Source: Octopus sinensis (Eukaryota). From it: DNA of 31,595 nt. The notes under the pieces were generated by a model. It was not told the DNA's origin. It worked only from the letters and a program-made list of their open reading frames with translations, and did not search any database. The stretch lies in assembly GCF_006345805.1 (NCBI RefSeq), contig NW_021832184.1, positions 1 through 31,595 of the forward strand, written 5' to 3'. Positions 20,389 to 31,595 of the stretch are shown here, one piece after another; within the stretch, counting starts at the first letter, position 1, and each line of letters opens with the position of its first letter. The position numbers and the translations under genes were made by a program.

Positions 20389-20573
20389 CAGACGTTTATA
20401 TACATACATTAATGTATGAAAGACGCCTACATTAACGTTTGTAACTAATGCCTATTTACGTACACACACATATATGTGTGTGTGTGTGTGGTGTGTGTGT
20501 GTGTGTGTACGTAAATATGCACTGGTTACGAACATTAATGTAGACGTATTTCATGCATGTATGTAAATGTCTG
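20389..20573. repeat. Foldback with ~75-bp imperfect arms around a (CA)n/(TG)n centre
   Basis: CAGACG..ATGAAAGACGCCTACATTAACGTTTGTAACTAATGCCTATTTACGTACACACACA is mirrored by TGTGTGTGTACGTAAATATGCACTGGTTACGAACATTAATGTAGACGTATTTCATGCAT...GTCTG. Confidence 0.8.
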
Positions 20574-20939
20574 TTTATGTGGATGCTGCTTTTGTTAAAA
20601 TTGAGTTTATATATGTATTAAAATATATTCGCTTACATCATATATTCGGGCGTAGGCGTAGAGTAAGAGATACATGCACTCGTACATGTGTATGCAAACA
20701 TAAATATATGTGCGTATAAACATTTATCGATATACAGTGAGAAATTATATGTATTTATTTATGTGTGTGAGTATGTATGTTTGTATATATATATATAAAT
20801 TCCTGTATTAACTCTGATAAATTTGATAGGTTTCGGCAAGTATAGGCCCAAGCATGTCTAACTTAATAGCACCACTAAATGAAGTGTTTCAGTCATATAT
20901 AAGGCTTTGATTTACATATGAAAAGAATATACAGAATAC

Positions 20940-21300
<361 letters not shown>

Positions 21301-21573
21301 ACACAAGTTATGTTTATCGTTACATACATAGCTTCATTTGATATTCTATATTTTACTATCAAAATGCGTTTCCCACTCTCTGCACATTTAAGTATCATCT
21401 TGAAAATTGTCTTGAGGATTGTTTGTTTAAGCAAGATTTGCCTGCATCCATGATAAAAAATAACAAATATAAACTCCAGAAAACTTTAAGTGTATGCATG
21501 AAAAGGAAGCGTAAATTTCATATGAATCAATTTGAAAGAGCGATGTATCTCTCGCTCTCTCTGTCTCCCTACC

Positions 21574-21637
<64 letters not shown>

Positions 21638-22074
21638 TGTGTATGTGGGAGAGAGAGAGAAGGAGAGAGAGAAAGAAAGAGAATGATATCGAATCGTGGA
21701 ATTATTATGGAATCCCAATGTAATACGATCCCATCTTCTCCATACTGCCTTTCTTTATTTACTATTGATTTTGTTTTCTTTATCTAAACTACAAAATCAA
21801 TAATGCTCATCTATATAAGTCGGCATATCCTCTGTAGCATATGTTGCAGCAGTGCTGTTTACTGATCGCCAGGCTGGAGGAAGAGAAAAGATAAAACTAT
21901 TCATTTAACTTATGCGTTCTTTAGGAAATTTGCTGAAGGCTTATCTTTTGTTTATCATGTGAATTGTTAGATCTTTAGTTTATTTTAGCGATCAGGGCGA
22001 AACATGTTGGAGCGCCTTCTTCCACTTCCTCTCTGTTTTCTTTTTTTATTAATTTATTAATTTATTAATTTGAA

Positions 22075-23125
22075 ATGCTGAGCTGGCAAAAAGGTTAGTG
22101 TGTCGGACAAAATGGTTAACCATATTTCTTGTACAGAGGCGGTACCATAACCAAAGCGGTAAATCAACTCGTGGTTATTGTTAGTTGAAAATATATATTT
22201 ATTCTGGCTCTTTACATTCCGAGTTCAAATTCCATTAATGTCGACTTCACCTTTCATCCTTTCATCCTGAAATACATACTAGTCTAGTACTTGAGTGAGG
22301 GCGCGTGGCTTAGTGGTTAGGGCATTCGGCTCATGATCGTAAGGTTGTGAGTTCGATTCCCGGCGACGCGTTGTGTCCTTGAGCAAGACACTTTATTTCA
22401 CGTTGCTCCAGTCCACTCAGCTGGCAAAAATGAGTTGTACTTGTATTTCAAAGGGTCAGCCTTGTCACTCTCTGTGTCACGCTGATTATCCCCGAGAACT
22501 ACGTTAAGGGTACACGTGTCTGTGGAATGCTCAGCCATTTGCACGTTAATTTCACGAGCAAGCTGTTCCGTTGATCGTATCAGCTGGGACCCTCGTCGTC
22601 GTAACCGGCGGAGTCTTTTTTTAAGTACTGGAGTTGACGAATTCCACTAAAACCTCCTTTCTGAAATGCTGGCCTCGTACCAAACATTAAAACCACCCTT
22701 TTTTTACTTAAGTCGGCCAGCTGCGAGAATTGTTTCAGTGTCGGCAAAAAGTGTTTAGCGCAGTACCTTTCGGCGTTTTTTACATTCATCGTTGAAATCC
22801 TGCTGAGTTCGACTTTGTCTTTCATCCTATTGGGGTAAACAAAATATGTACCGGTTGAGCATTGGAGTTGTATTCGACTTACTCCGTCGTCCCCAAATTG
22901 CTCGCCAGAACATGAATCTTGTGCCAAAATTGGAAACCGTTGCTTTACTTGGACTGATGGTAAATTAACAGAATTGTTAGAGCATCATGAAAAATGCTTT
23001 GAGGGATTTCTTCCGATTATTTACTTTCTGAGTTGAAATCCTGCCGGAGTCACCCTTACCTTTTCTCGTTTCGAGTATAAGGTTTCAGTCAAGACTGAGA
23101 TTGATGATGTCGACTATTTTCTTTC
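22075..23125 (+). mobile_element. Cluster of three degraded family-D SINE units; the first is interrupted by the SINE at 22297-22622
   Basis: GAGCTGGCAAAAAGGTTAG...CCGAGTTCAAATTCC (22075-22296), GTTGAAATCCTGCTGAGTTCGAC (22690-22940), CTGAGTTGAAATCCTGCCGGAGTC (22960-23125). Confidence 0.6.
22297..22622 (+). mobile_element. tRNA-derived SINE (head B + CORE/V/Meta-like block + domain X), full length
   Basis: A box TGGCTTAGTGG, B box GTTCGATTCCC, TTGTGTCCTTGAGCAAGACACTT block, domain X and T-tail. 11-bp TSD with one mismatch: AGTACTTGAGT (22286-22296) and AGTACTGGAGT (22624-22634). Confidence 0.9.
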
Positions 23126-23129
23126 ACTC

Positions 23130-23310
23130 AAAACAGTTTTGAGAGCCATTTGGATTGCCGTCAATCTGTGGCACTGCCTTGAAATAAGGAGTTCATTAAA
23201 TCGATATAAGTACTGATTTTAAGTCTGACACTACTTCTACAAGTTTATTTTGCTGAACTGCTAAGTTGTAGAGACACGAACAAAACCAGCACAACATCAG
23301 TGTTCAAGCT

Positions 23311-23364
<54 letters not shown>

Positions 23365-23525
23365 AACACACTCACCCAACACACACACACACATCATGAT
23401 GGTTTTCCATATAGGTTTCATCTCCCAAATTTATTGACAGCTCGGTGCTATAGCAGATACTTACCCAAGATACTGTGCATTGAACTGGGAACCATATGAT
23501 TGGTAAGTGTTCTTCTTAACCACAC
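23130..23525 (-). mobile_element. Degraded family-C SINE
   Basis: Colinear weak similarity (TTTTGCTGAACTGCTAAGTT, microsatellite, GATACTTACCCAAG, GAACTGGGAACCATATGATTGGTAAG). Confidence 0.6.
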
Positions 23526-24109
23526 GTATCTGACAAATGAAAACCAAAACGAAAGAAACAAATGTTTTCAAACTGTTTATGTATAGTAGAGTAACGAAGA
23601 TATTTAATCTCTTAACGTTTATCCCGCTTTTAGTGCAGAGGCCTTCATTTTTATTCACGTTGTTCATACGACAGAAATCCTGTTCCAAAAATCATATTGC
23701 CTCATCTGATTTTAGAAGGCCTGTAAACATCAGTCGAATATTGAATGTTCTGCTTCCAGCCACACAGAAACCAATGATAGATTGCTGAATCGAACTCAGA
23801 AGGCAGGAACCAGAACAAATATCGCAAGGCGTTTCGTTAGACACTTTCACAATTCGGAAAACTCACAACCCAAGGCCGATACTTTATTCATCGGTCAAGA
23901 AATAAAGCGTATGGCTTTCCAACTTGGGACGTAGTTATCTTGGCTGTGGAACCGAGCTATAACGCCTAGTGTTGAGCATAACACTTCATTCATTCGACGA
24001 TGAAGATTCAGTGGTCCTATCAGCTGGTTTACTTGTGCCTGAATTAACGGGTAAATGAATAAACATTCCGCGGGTGCATGCGCATTTAACGTTAATTTCA
24101 AGTAGAATC

Positions 24110-24560
24110 AGCATGCATACATACCATACATATATACATATATACATATATACATGTATACATACAAACACACATAGACATGAAACTATATGCATGAGAA
24201 TACATACATAAAACAAGACATACAAATCTGCACACATACATACATACATACATACATACAAACAAAAATACCCCGTTGATGTTGTTGAAATCCCAATGAA
24301 GGAGCCTTGGATCTTGGTTAGAAACCGGTTCTTTCTCTATTGGCAAGGAATCTTGAAATAAAACTGAATAATGACAAACATGCATTCATACATACATACT
24401 CACATACATACATACATACATACATAATACATACATACACACACATACACACACACATACATACATACATATACACACACATACATTCACACATACATAC
24501 ATACATACATACATACATACATACATACATAAATGCATGCATGCATGAATATATGCGCAC
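24110..24560. repeat. (CATA)n/(CA)n tracts with an embedded ~120-bp unclassified segment (24260-24375)
   Basis: Directly visible. The embedded piece ends AAATAAAACTGAATAATGAC followed by (CATA)n, like a retroelement 3' end. Confidence 0.7.
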
Positions 24561-25764
24561 ACTTAGTTGTATGTGTCTGCAAAGACACATATACAATGTC
24601 ATGATGTACAGAGGTACAAACACCGGAGTACTAAAGAGACATGTTCACACAGATCATAAATTCAGGCGTATAACACTACATATGTACACACACTAATTTA
24701 ACCAGATATCGACAAACCTCGGGAACAGTCTTAACTCAAAAAGTTTTGTGACATTTTTAATGACCGCCTTGAACTCCATGACAAGCTTAAATATATCTCA
24801 AAGAAAACATATATCCATACGTGTATACATGCAACCATACACACTCATAAACACACACACACGCACACACACACACCTACATGTCTATGTTTATATTCTT
24901 TATTCTATGATACAACGCCGTACCAGTAAATGGGCACTCACGTTTAACCATTTCAATTATCTTCTGCCTCACTCGTTATTGATTCGGTGAGCTGACGTCC
25001 TCTAACCTCCTGCTGTGAATTACATTTAATTAAATGCATTAACGTTAAATGAAGTTCATAATTAACTTTAAAATGTTGTGGAGCCTATACTGTGGAGATA
25101 GTAATCAATCGTTATATCAAGTCTGAAAATATAGCCACAGTACCTGGTTTGAGTTGTATTCATATCATGCCCGTGTTCCTACAAAGGGGCGAGGTAATTT
25201 TGTTCTGATTGAGCTAGTTCGTGTACACATTTCCTTCATAACTTTCCAAGGGTCAGATATTTATTTTACTTAATTACTTCACTCCCTACCGACCTTAGGC
25301 TTTTGACGGCTTTTTTCAGTCTTTTCACCTCCGCCTCCTTGAAGGATGGCCTTCCTCTCCTAAGTTTTCGAATTATCATCAATGCTTCTGTAACTTTGCT
25401 TTTTTTCTAGATAGGGGTGCTGGTCCTATTCAAACCCATTTTTACTTCTGGGAAGAGGCGGTCCATATTAATCCGGCCTCTTTGACCTGTCCTGCGTAAG
25501 ATGCCCTACTAAAGCTTGTGCACTGCTGTTTTAGCTCTTAGGGTCTTGAGTTATACAAGCCACCACACTGCAACAAGGACTGGGCTCTGTGATAAAAGAG
25601 TCAGATGGAGGAGGCCAAAATCTGATTCCGACGAAAATTGGAGATGGTCTAACAATGGCAGCAATCATGGATTCATTAGCGAAATTATAGGAATTTGAAT
25701 TTTCAATCCTCACAGTAATTTAAATTCGTCAGCTTTTATATGAATTCATATATTAGTCATGTCT

Positions 25765-25869
25765 TTTTTATTTGCTTCAGTCATTGGACTGCGGCTATGA
25801 AAATCGACCCCAGGTCTGGTACTTATTCTATGGGACTTTTTGACCAAACCGTTAGGTTACGTGGATGCA

Positions 25870-25925
<56 letters not shown>

Positions 25926-25981
25926 AAGAGAGAGAATATATGTGTATGTATGTATATGTATATATGTAAATATTATATATA

Positions 25982-26024
<43 letters not shown>

Positions 26025-26042
26025 ATATATATATATATATAT

Positions 26043-26075
<33 letters not shown>

Positions 26076-26093
26076 GTATGTATATATTATATA

Positions 26094-26165
<72 letters not shown>

Positions 26166-26335
26166 CACCACGGACTTCCAGTGTTTTCTAATATCAAGTT
26201 CACTTACAAGGTATTGTTCAACTCGGTGACACTTGTCGAAGGTGCCGTGCAATAGGACTGTACCCGAAAACCTGAGGCAGTAAGGTAAGACCTTCTTAAC
26301 CTCACGGCTATGCTTATGCCAACATGCAAACTATT
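25765..26335 (-). mobile_element. Degraded family-C SINE split by a ~300-bp expanded internal microsatellite
   Basis: Left part GCTTCAGTCATTGGACTGCGGC...TACTTATTCTAT; right part after 26166 CACTTACAAGG...GACACTTGTCGAAGGTGCC...GACCTTCTTAACC, in family-C order. Confidence 0.6.
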
Positions 26336-27065
26336 TCAACTCTTTTACTCAATAATAAATTTCAGTAAACGGACTGAGTCCATACAAGGTGCCACCTTCG
26401 CTATACAAATATTTGACTTGCGTATTGGTGTTGCTGTTCCGAATATTTCCCAAACTAAAGAACTTATTCTTTCGGCTGTATATTCAAACATTTCTATTAC
26501 GTTTTAATTATGTTAACTTGTCTTCGTATAATGTCTTATTCTGGTATATATATTTGTATATACAAATATATATGACAGTAACTTAGTATGTGTAAAAGAT
26601 TACTATTATTTTATTATAAAGATCCGTAAATAGAATCTGGCCTGAAAGCATGTACATATCTGAAAAGGAATAAGCCATCTGATGTCGACCAGACAGTAAA
26701 TAAATGGAAATGTATAGATATGTATTGTAAATGCATCGTCGATAAATAAAATTAATAGTTTGGTAAATTATAAAGGAAGGAGTCGTTGTTGTTTAAATTC
26801 AAGTCAAAGCTGTTCCATCCACGAACATCTCGTCATCTATTTTTAGACATAATATATATGTAGGACTATTTTATCGAATATTTTCTCCTCTTTTATTCAA
26901 CACTATTGTTGTATAACATTATCACTCACTTGTTCTTTCAAAACGTATATACTAATAACGGTGATCGATGAAAACCAAGAAACCAAGACTTCGAACGCGG
27001 TTGATTGGGTTTCATGTGTCGTCACTAGATAGCTCATAAGATCGATTTCTGGCATGGAAATAACC

Positions 27066-27294
27066 TATTTCTTTACTACCCACATGGGGCTAAACACAAA
27101 GAGGACAAACAAGGACAGACAAATGGATTAAGTCGATTAAATCGACCCCAGTGCGTGACTGGTACTTAATTTATCGACCCCGAAAGGATGAAAGGCAAAG
27201 TAGACCTCGACGGAATTTGAACTCAGAACGTAACGACAGACGAAATACGGCTACGCATTTCGCCCGGCGTGCTAACGATTCTGCCAGCTTGCCG
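27066..27294 (-). mobile_element. Family-D SINE monomer (tail 1)
   Basis: Reverse complement of the D consensus from GGCAAGCTGGCAGAATCGTTAGCACGCCGGGCG to GGGTAGTAAAGAAATA. Confidence 0.9.
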
Positions 27295-27864
27295 AACCGT
27301 CATTGTGGTCACTAGCTTCATTTGAATTACCCTTGTAAGGATTTTGTACATTTGCTAATGAGGGTTTAGCAAAGGTGTCAGTTCTGTTGAAGCTGTTCCT
27401 AAGATGCTGTGATAACACTCATATCTCTAAATGCTATTTTCATATTACCGTTACAGTACTTTTGCCGGCTCTTTCTTTCTTTCTTTCCGTTCTCTTTCTT
27501 TCCAACATACAACAAATCACCAGCTTTGTTTTCGTTCGGTTATTTGCTTGATTAAGCAATTAAAATCTCCTTCACTTTTGTAGTTGAGTAATAGTTAATG
27601 CAATTAGGTCCAAATTATTTTTATAATTCATCATTAAGTAACCAATAAAAGCGATGAGTTTCTTTAACTGTAATTTAGCTGTCAGTTTAATTTCTATTTT
27701 ATTAAAAAAAACCCTTGGCTTCGCTGTATTCAACCTGTCGTATGATTTATGAGGTACGGCGTAACGAAGTTAGTTACAATAAAAACGAAATGCGAAATAT
27801 GCACGTTTACTCACACACGCGCATTCACACACACACATATGTATATATATAGATATATGAAAAT

Positions 27865-27902
<38 letters not shown>

Positions 27903-28104
27903 GCGTGCGTGTGTGCATGGTGCGTATGGAAATGAAGTCTTGCTTTCACCTAACATATGTAGAACGAAATTTCGTTTTGTTTCCGTTTGTTAACTGAGTG
28001 TTGTTGTTGAATTAAATAGCTTTTTGGTTATGAAATGCTCTTCGAATCATATCCGCTCGTTCTCTAGGCAGGCAGGCCGACATTCCCTCGGAACGGAGCA
28101 CCAA

Positions 28105-28251
28105 TACGTCAAGGCGTAATGCATTTCAGCTGAGTCAGTCTGGAGCCACGTGGAGCGAAGTGCTTTGCTTAAGAACGCAACGCACAGCCTGTCTGGGAAT
28201 AAAACCATGACCCCGTGTTCGCGAGTGCAACACCCTAACCATGCGCCTCCA
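28105..28251 (-). mobile_element. tRNA-derived SINE fragment (head B)
   Basis: Minus strand TGGAGGCGCATGGTTAGGGTGTTGCACTCGCG...TTCCCAGACAGG...TTCTTAAGCAAAGCACTT...CTCCAGACTGACTCAGCTG. Confidence 0.65.
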
Positions 28252-28649
28252 AATCTCTATTTATAAAACTGAAATGCGAAAAGTTTGCTTGTTTGTTTGA
28301 CCGCTTGGCTCGCTTTCAACAACACTACATCCCGTCGGATTGACTCCAAAATTTACAGGAACATGTAAAATGAGGTGACGATGCCCGTGGGCTACGTTAG
28401 AAATCCCTATCTTAAAAGGTGTCGTTGCTAGGGCCAAAAACCCACTTTGACAAGTCCACTCTCAGTCTTTTATGTATCTGTCTTCCTCACTCACTCACTC
28501 TATTTCCTCCCTTCCCATCTTTTTCTATATATAACGTCGATTCGTCAAACGACATTCTACAGCGCTTTCACACACTCTCTCTCTCTACACGTCTGTCTGC
28601 ATTCATACAGATAATTATCATCGCCACCACAACCACCACACAGGTTTGG

Positions 28650-29413
28650 GTGGCCGCACAGCTACAGTTAGACAACGGTTGATAACATTCGATGTTGATA
28701 ATGCCTGGATTGTTCCATTCAACCCTTTGCTTTCCAAAACATTTAATGCATACATTAATGTTGATTACTGCAGTTCGGTGAGATGCATGCAATACCTCTG
28801 CAAGTACATTAATAAGGGCGATGATATGGCCGTGTTTGTGTTCAGTGATGAAGATCTTAGACATGACGAAATTAAACAATTCGTTTTGGGTAGGTATGTA
28901 TCCTCCAATTATGCAGCGTGGCGCATTTTTCGATACGAGATTCATCTAAGCTCACCATCAGTTTCCACCTGAATGTCCATTACAGAAGAGACAGCTGGTT
29001 TACTTCACAGAGAAAAATGCACGTCAAGTCATTGAAAATCCAAAAGGGACTACGCTTACAGCGTTTTTTAAATGTGTTCAGTTGATGAGTTTGATGCTAC
29101 TCTCGTTTACCCTGAAGTACCGGAATATTACACAAACAACAAACAATAATTTGGAAGCGCAGGTCACATGGAACAGAACTTGACAATTGGCCCGGTGTTC
29201 TAGGAGAACGTCATTGGGCGTGTGTATAATATTCATCCTGCCAAACAGGAAATCTTCTTTTTGAGAATGCTGCTTCATGTAGTTACTGGATCGAAGTCTT
29301 TTGCTGATCTTCGCACGGTTGATGGTATCATCTGCGCCACTTACAGGGAAGCATGTTTGAGGCGCGGACTACTTCTCAATGACGACCACTTACACAGGAC
29401 ATTAGCAGAGGCC
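28650..29413 (+). pseudogene. Helitron Rep/helicase fragment: Rep motif III region plus linker, frameshifted
   Basis: DNAWIVPFNPLLSKTFNAYINVDYC, QYLCKYINKG (two-tyrosine motif), DEIKQFVLGRYVSS..AAWRIF, IGRVYNIHP, FFLRMLLHVVTGSKSFADLRTVDG...TYREACLRRGLL. All are standard Helitron Rep-Hel motifs. No HUH motif or helicase motif I present. Confidence 0.92.
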
Positions 29414-29430
29414 TGAAAATGAAATTAAGT

Positions 29431-29462
<32 letters not shown>

Positions 29463-29727
29463 TGTGTGTGTGTGTGTGTGTATCTATATATAAATACGTA
29501 TATATAATGTATATATATACAAAGTGTATATATCTGTATATATATATAGTTACAAATTGAGACAGGGGTTGTAAATGCAACCCTCCATGGGATAACATAT
29601 ATCCAATATACTGCTAGTGAAGTACCCAACAAAGTTAATACATAAATGTTAAGAATTGCGATGCAATTAATTCATTTACAGTATTATATGGGCAAAGGTA
29701 AAATGTTTTACCACAAATTAATAATAT

Positions 29728-29999
29728 AAAATAAGAAAATGGAGAAATACATCTAAATCAATTATCAACTACCAGATAATACCCAATCATATAAATAAGA
29801 ATATAAATAAATATAAATAAATATTCTCTTATACATATTGTACTTATTGTATCATATTACTCCTACATGTACATTGTTTTGTTCTATATTATTATGTTTG
29901 ACCTTAATGTTCATATGTAGTGGTTTAATAAAGTATGTGATTGGGTATTATCTGGTAGTTGATAATTGATTTAGATGTATCTCTCCATTTTCTTATTTT
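29728..29999. mobile_element. MITE-like foldback, 66-bp inverted arms around a 140-bp spacer
   Basis: 29728-29793 versus the reverse complement of 29934-29999 differ at 2 of 66 positions. TA-rich flanks. Confidence 0.8.
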
Positions 30000-30089
30000 G
30001 TATATATATATAATTTGTATACATTTATATATATACCACACTCTTACCCGCGCGTAGAGCGGGTCACCTTCAGCTAGTATACATATAAA

Positions 30090-30090
30090 C

Positions 30091-30164
<74 letters not shown>

Positions 30165-30253
30165 TCATCCATCCATCCATCCATCCATCCGTGCGTCCGT
30201 CTGTCTGTCTCTCTATATACCAATCTATCTATACACACACACACATACGCACA

Positions 30254-30305
<52 letters not shown>
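30090..30305. repeat. Compound (TCTA)n-(TCCA)n-(CA)n microsatellite
   Basis: Directly visible. Confidence 0.95.
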
Positions 30306-30309
<4 letters not shown>

Positions 30310-30740
30310 CTGCTTCCCAACCATATGGTTCTGGGTTCAGTCCTACTGTATGCCACTTTGGGCAAGTGTCTTCTTCTATAACATAAAGTCGATCAAAGCC
30401 TTGTGAGTGGATTTGATAGACAGAAACGGAAAGAAGCCCGTCGTATATACATATATATGTACATATCTATGTGTGCGTATGTGTGTGTGTATGTGTGTAT
30501 GTGTGAGTATGTGTGTGTGTGTCTTTGTGTCCGTGTTTTTTGTTCCCCACCACCGCTTTACAGCCGACGTTGGTATGTTTACGCCCCCGTAACTTAGCGG
30601 TTCGGCAAAAGAAACCGATAGAATAAGTACAAGGCTTAAAAAAACTCCTTGGGGCGATTTATTTCGAATAAAACCCTTTAAGGCCGCGCCACAGCTAGGG
30701 CACAGTCAAATGACTGAAACAAATAAAAGATAATAGATAA
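30306..30740 (+). mobile_element. Family-C SINE, 5' end lost
   Basis: GGGTTCAGTCC (B box), CACTTTGGGCAAGTGTCTT, AAAGCCTTGTGAGTGGATTTG, (TG)n, GTAACTTAGCGGTTCGGCAAAAG, CAGTCAAATGACTGAAAC. Confidence 0.85.
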
Positions 30741-31059
30741 TATATATATATATATGCACATACACACGCGCGCATACAAAGAGAAATTCACTTGCGTTAG
30801 TTCTCTACCTTCAGTGGTGGTATTCCACATAAGAAGCTATTAAATGGCGTCTCTACTCGCTAGAAAAAACCTCCAATAAACCAGTGAAATTTCCTCCAAA
30901 GAAGCAAGGTTGGATAACGTAGTTCTAAATATAAGATGCTTGATCAAACTCTCTTCATCACCACAATAAAAAACTTGTCACCGACACATATTACGGAACT
31001 ATTCCGTATTGTGGTATCTCCCCTTCTTCCTAGTTCTCCTATGTAACCCCTCTGTCCGG

Positions 31060-31250
31060 CATTCTCCATGATAGATCACTAGCCACTTTTTCTGTTTTCT
31101 CTCCCTGTTTATTTCTGTGTTCCTTTCTGTCGAAGAGCGTAGGCTCGAAACGTAAATTACTTTCTCCCTTCCCGAGCGTTAAACTAATACATCTGTTTGT
31201 TGTTTACACGCCTCTTTGTATTTTTTTGTTAATTCTCTCGCTATACATAC
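31060..31250 (+). mobile_element. pLTR-like repeat, CUGUCG family, copy 3
   Basis: CUUU-CUGUCGA-A-GAGC(GUAG)GCUC-GAAA-CG-UA|AAUU at 31123-31158. Upstream and downstream sequence is homologous to copy 1; ends in (TA)n. Confidence 0.65.
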
Positions 31251-31394
31251 ATAATCTATATATATAATAAGTATATATATATATATATATATAATTACAC
31301 ACCATATATATATACTATATATTTACATACATACATATATATAATATAAATATATAAATATATGCATATATGCATACATATATATTTATATATA

Positions 31395-31595
31395 CGTGCA
31401 TATATGGGTACAGGACATAAAAATGTTGAACACAATGAGAAACGAAAACATACATACAAAAACAGAAACGAACTTTTTTTAGAACAACGAAAAAATCAAA
31501 CAGAAACGAGACATACAACATAAAGAATATTCCCCTTCTTCAGTTGTCCCTGTTTCAACTAATCCGCTGCCGAAGGCAAGGACAAGACGCGACTT
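31395..31595 (-). repeat. Unclassified dispersed repeat, homologue of 19035-19240; runs off the window end
   Basis: See 19035-19240. Confidence 0.7.

Larger units (their letters stand above)
28254..30077 (+). mobile_element. Probable internally deleted Helitron (5' TC ... hairpin-CTAG 3') with later insertions
   Basis: A|TCTCTATTTATAAAACTGAAATGCG...(TTTG)n start at 28254; Rep fragment inside; 3' hairpin ACCCGC-GCGTAGA-GCGGGT (30046-30064), 9 nt, then CTAG|T (30074-30078). That both ends belong to one element is inferred. Confidence 0.6.

Noticed and set aside
25130-25520. Second coding-looking segment on the minus strand
   Set aside because: Stops in all frames examined and no motif recognised.
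31520-31545. Minus-strand CUGAAGA plus small hairpin in the unclassified repeat
   Set aside because: No GAAA follows, and the homologue at ~19075 reads CTGATGC; not counted as a hammerhead.

Overview
AT-rich, microsatellite-saturated eukaryotic non-coding DNA, most likely an octopus (cephalopod) intron or intergenic region; the organism is inferred from the SINE families and repeat style, not proven. No host protein-coding gene, tRNA gene, rRNA or CRISPR array could be supported, and almost all of the supplied ORFs are microsatellite or repeat artefacts. The window is a stack of mobile-element debris: a full-length dead mariner (12576-13823), a Tigger/pogo transposase fragment, a hAT MITE, an R4/Dong-like LINE 3' fragment, Helitron ends and a probable internally deleted Helitron carrying a Rep fragment (28254-30077), about 20 tRNA-derived SINE copies with shuffled modules, and several foldback elements. 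The most notable signal is not in the ORF track: eight or nine minimal type I hammerhead-ribozyme motifs of the Penelope/retrozyme kind, from about five sequence families. Two have a fully canonical core (9726-9787, 10993-11054), one has a U3-A8 core plus a compensatory stem I (16158-16216), one family has a recurrent CUGUCG core, and one is broken by a perfect foldback exactly at its core. All lie in short ORF-less T-rich segments that end at or near (TA)n or TA-rich tracts. Motifs were found by eye, so the counts are minimum estimates, and activity is untested.
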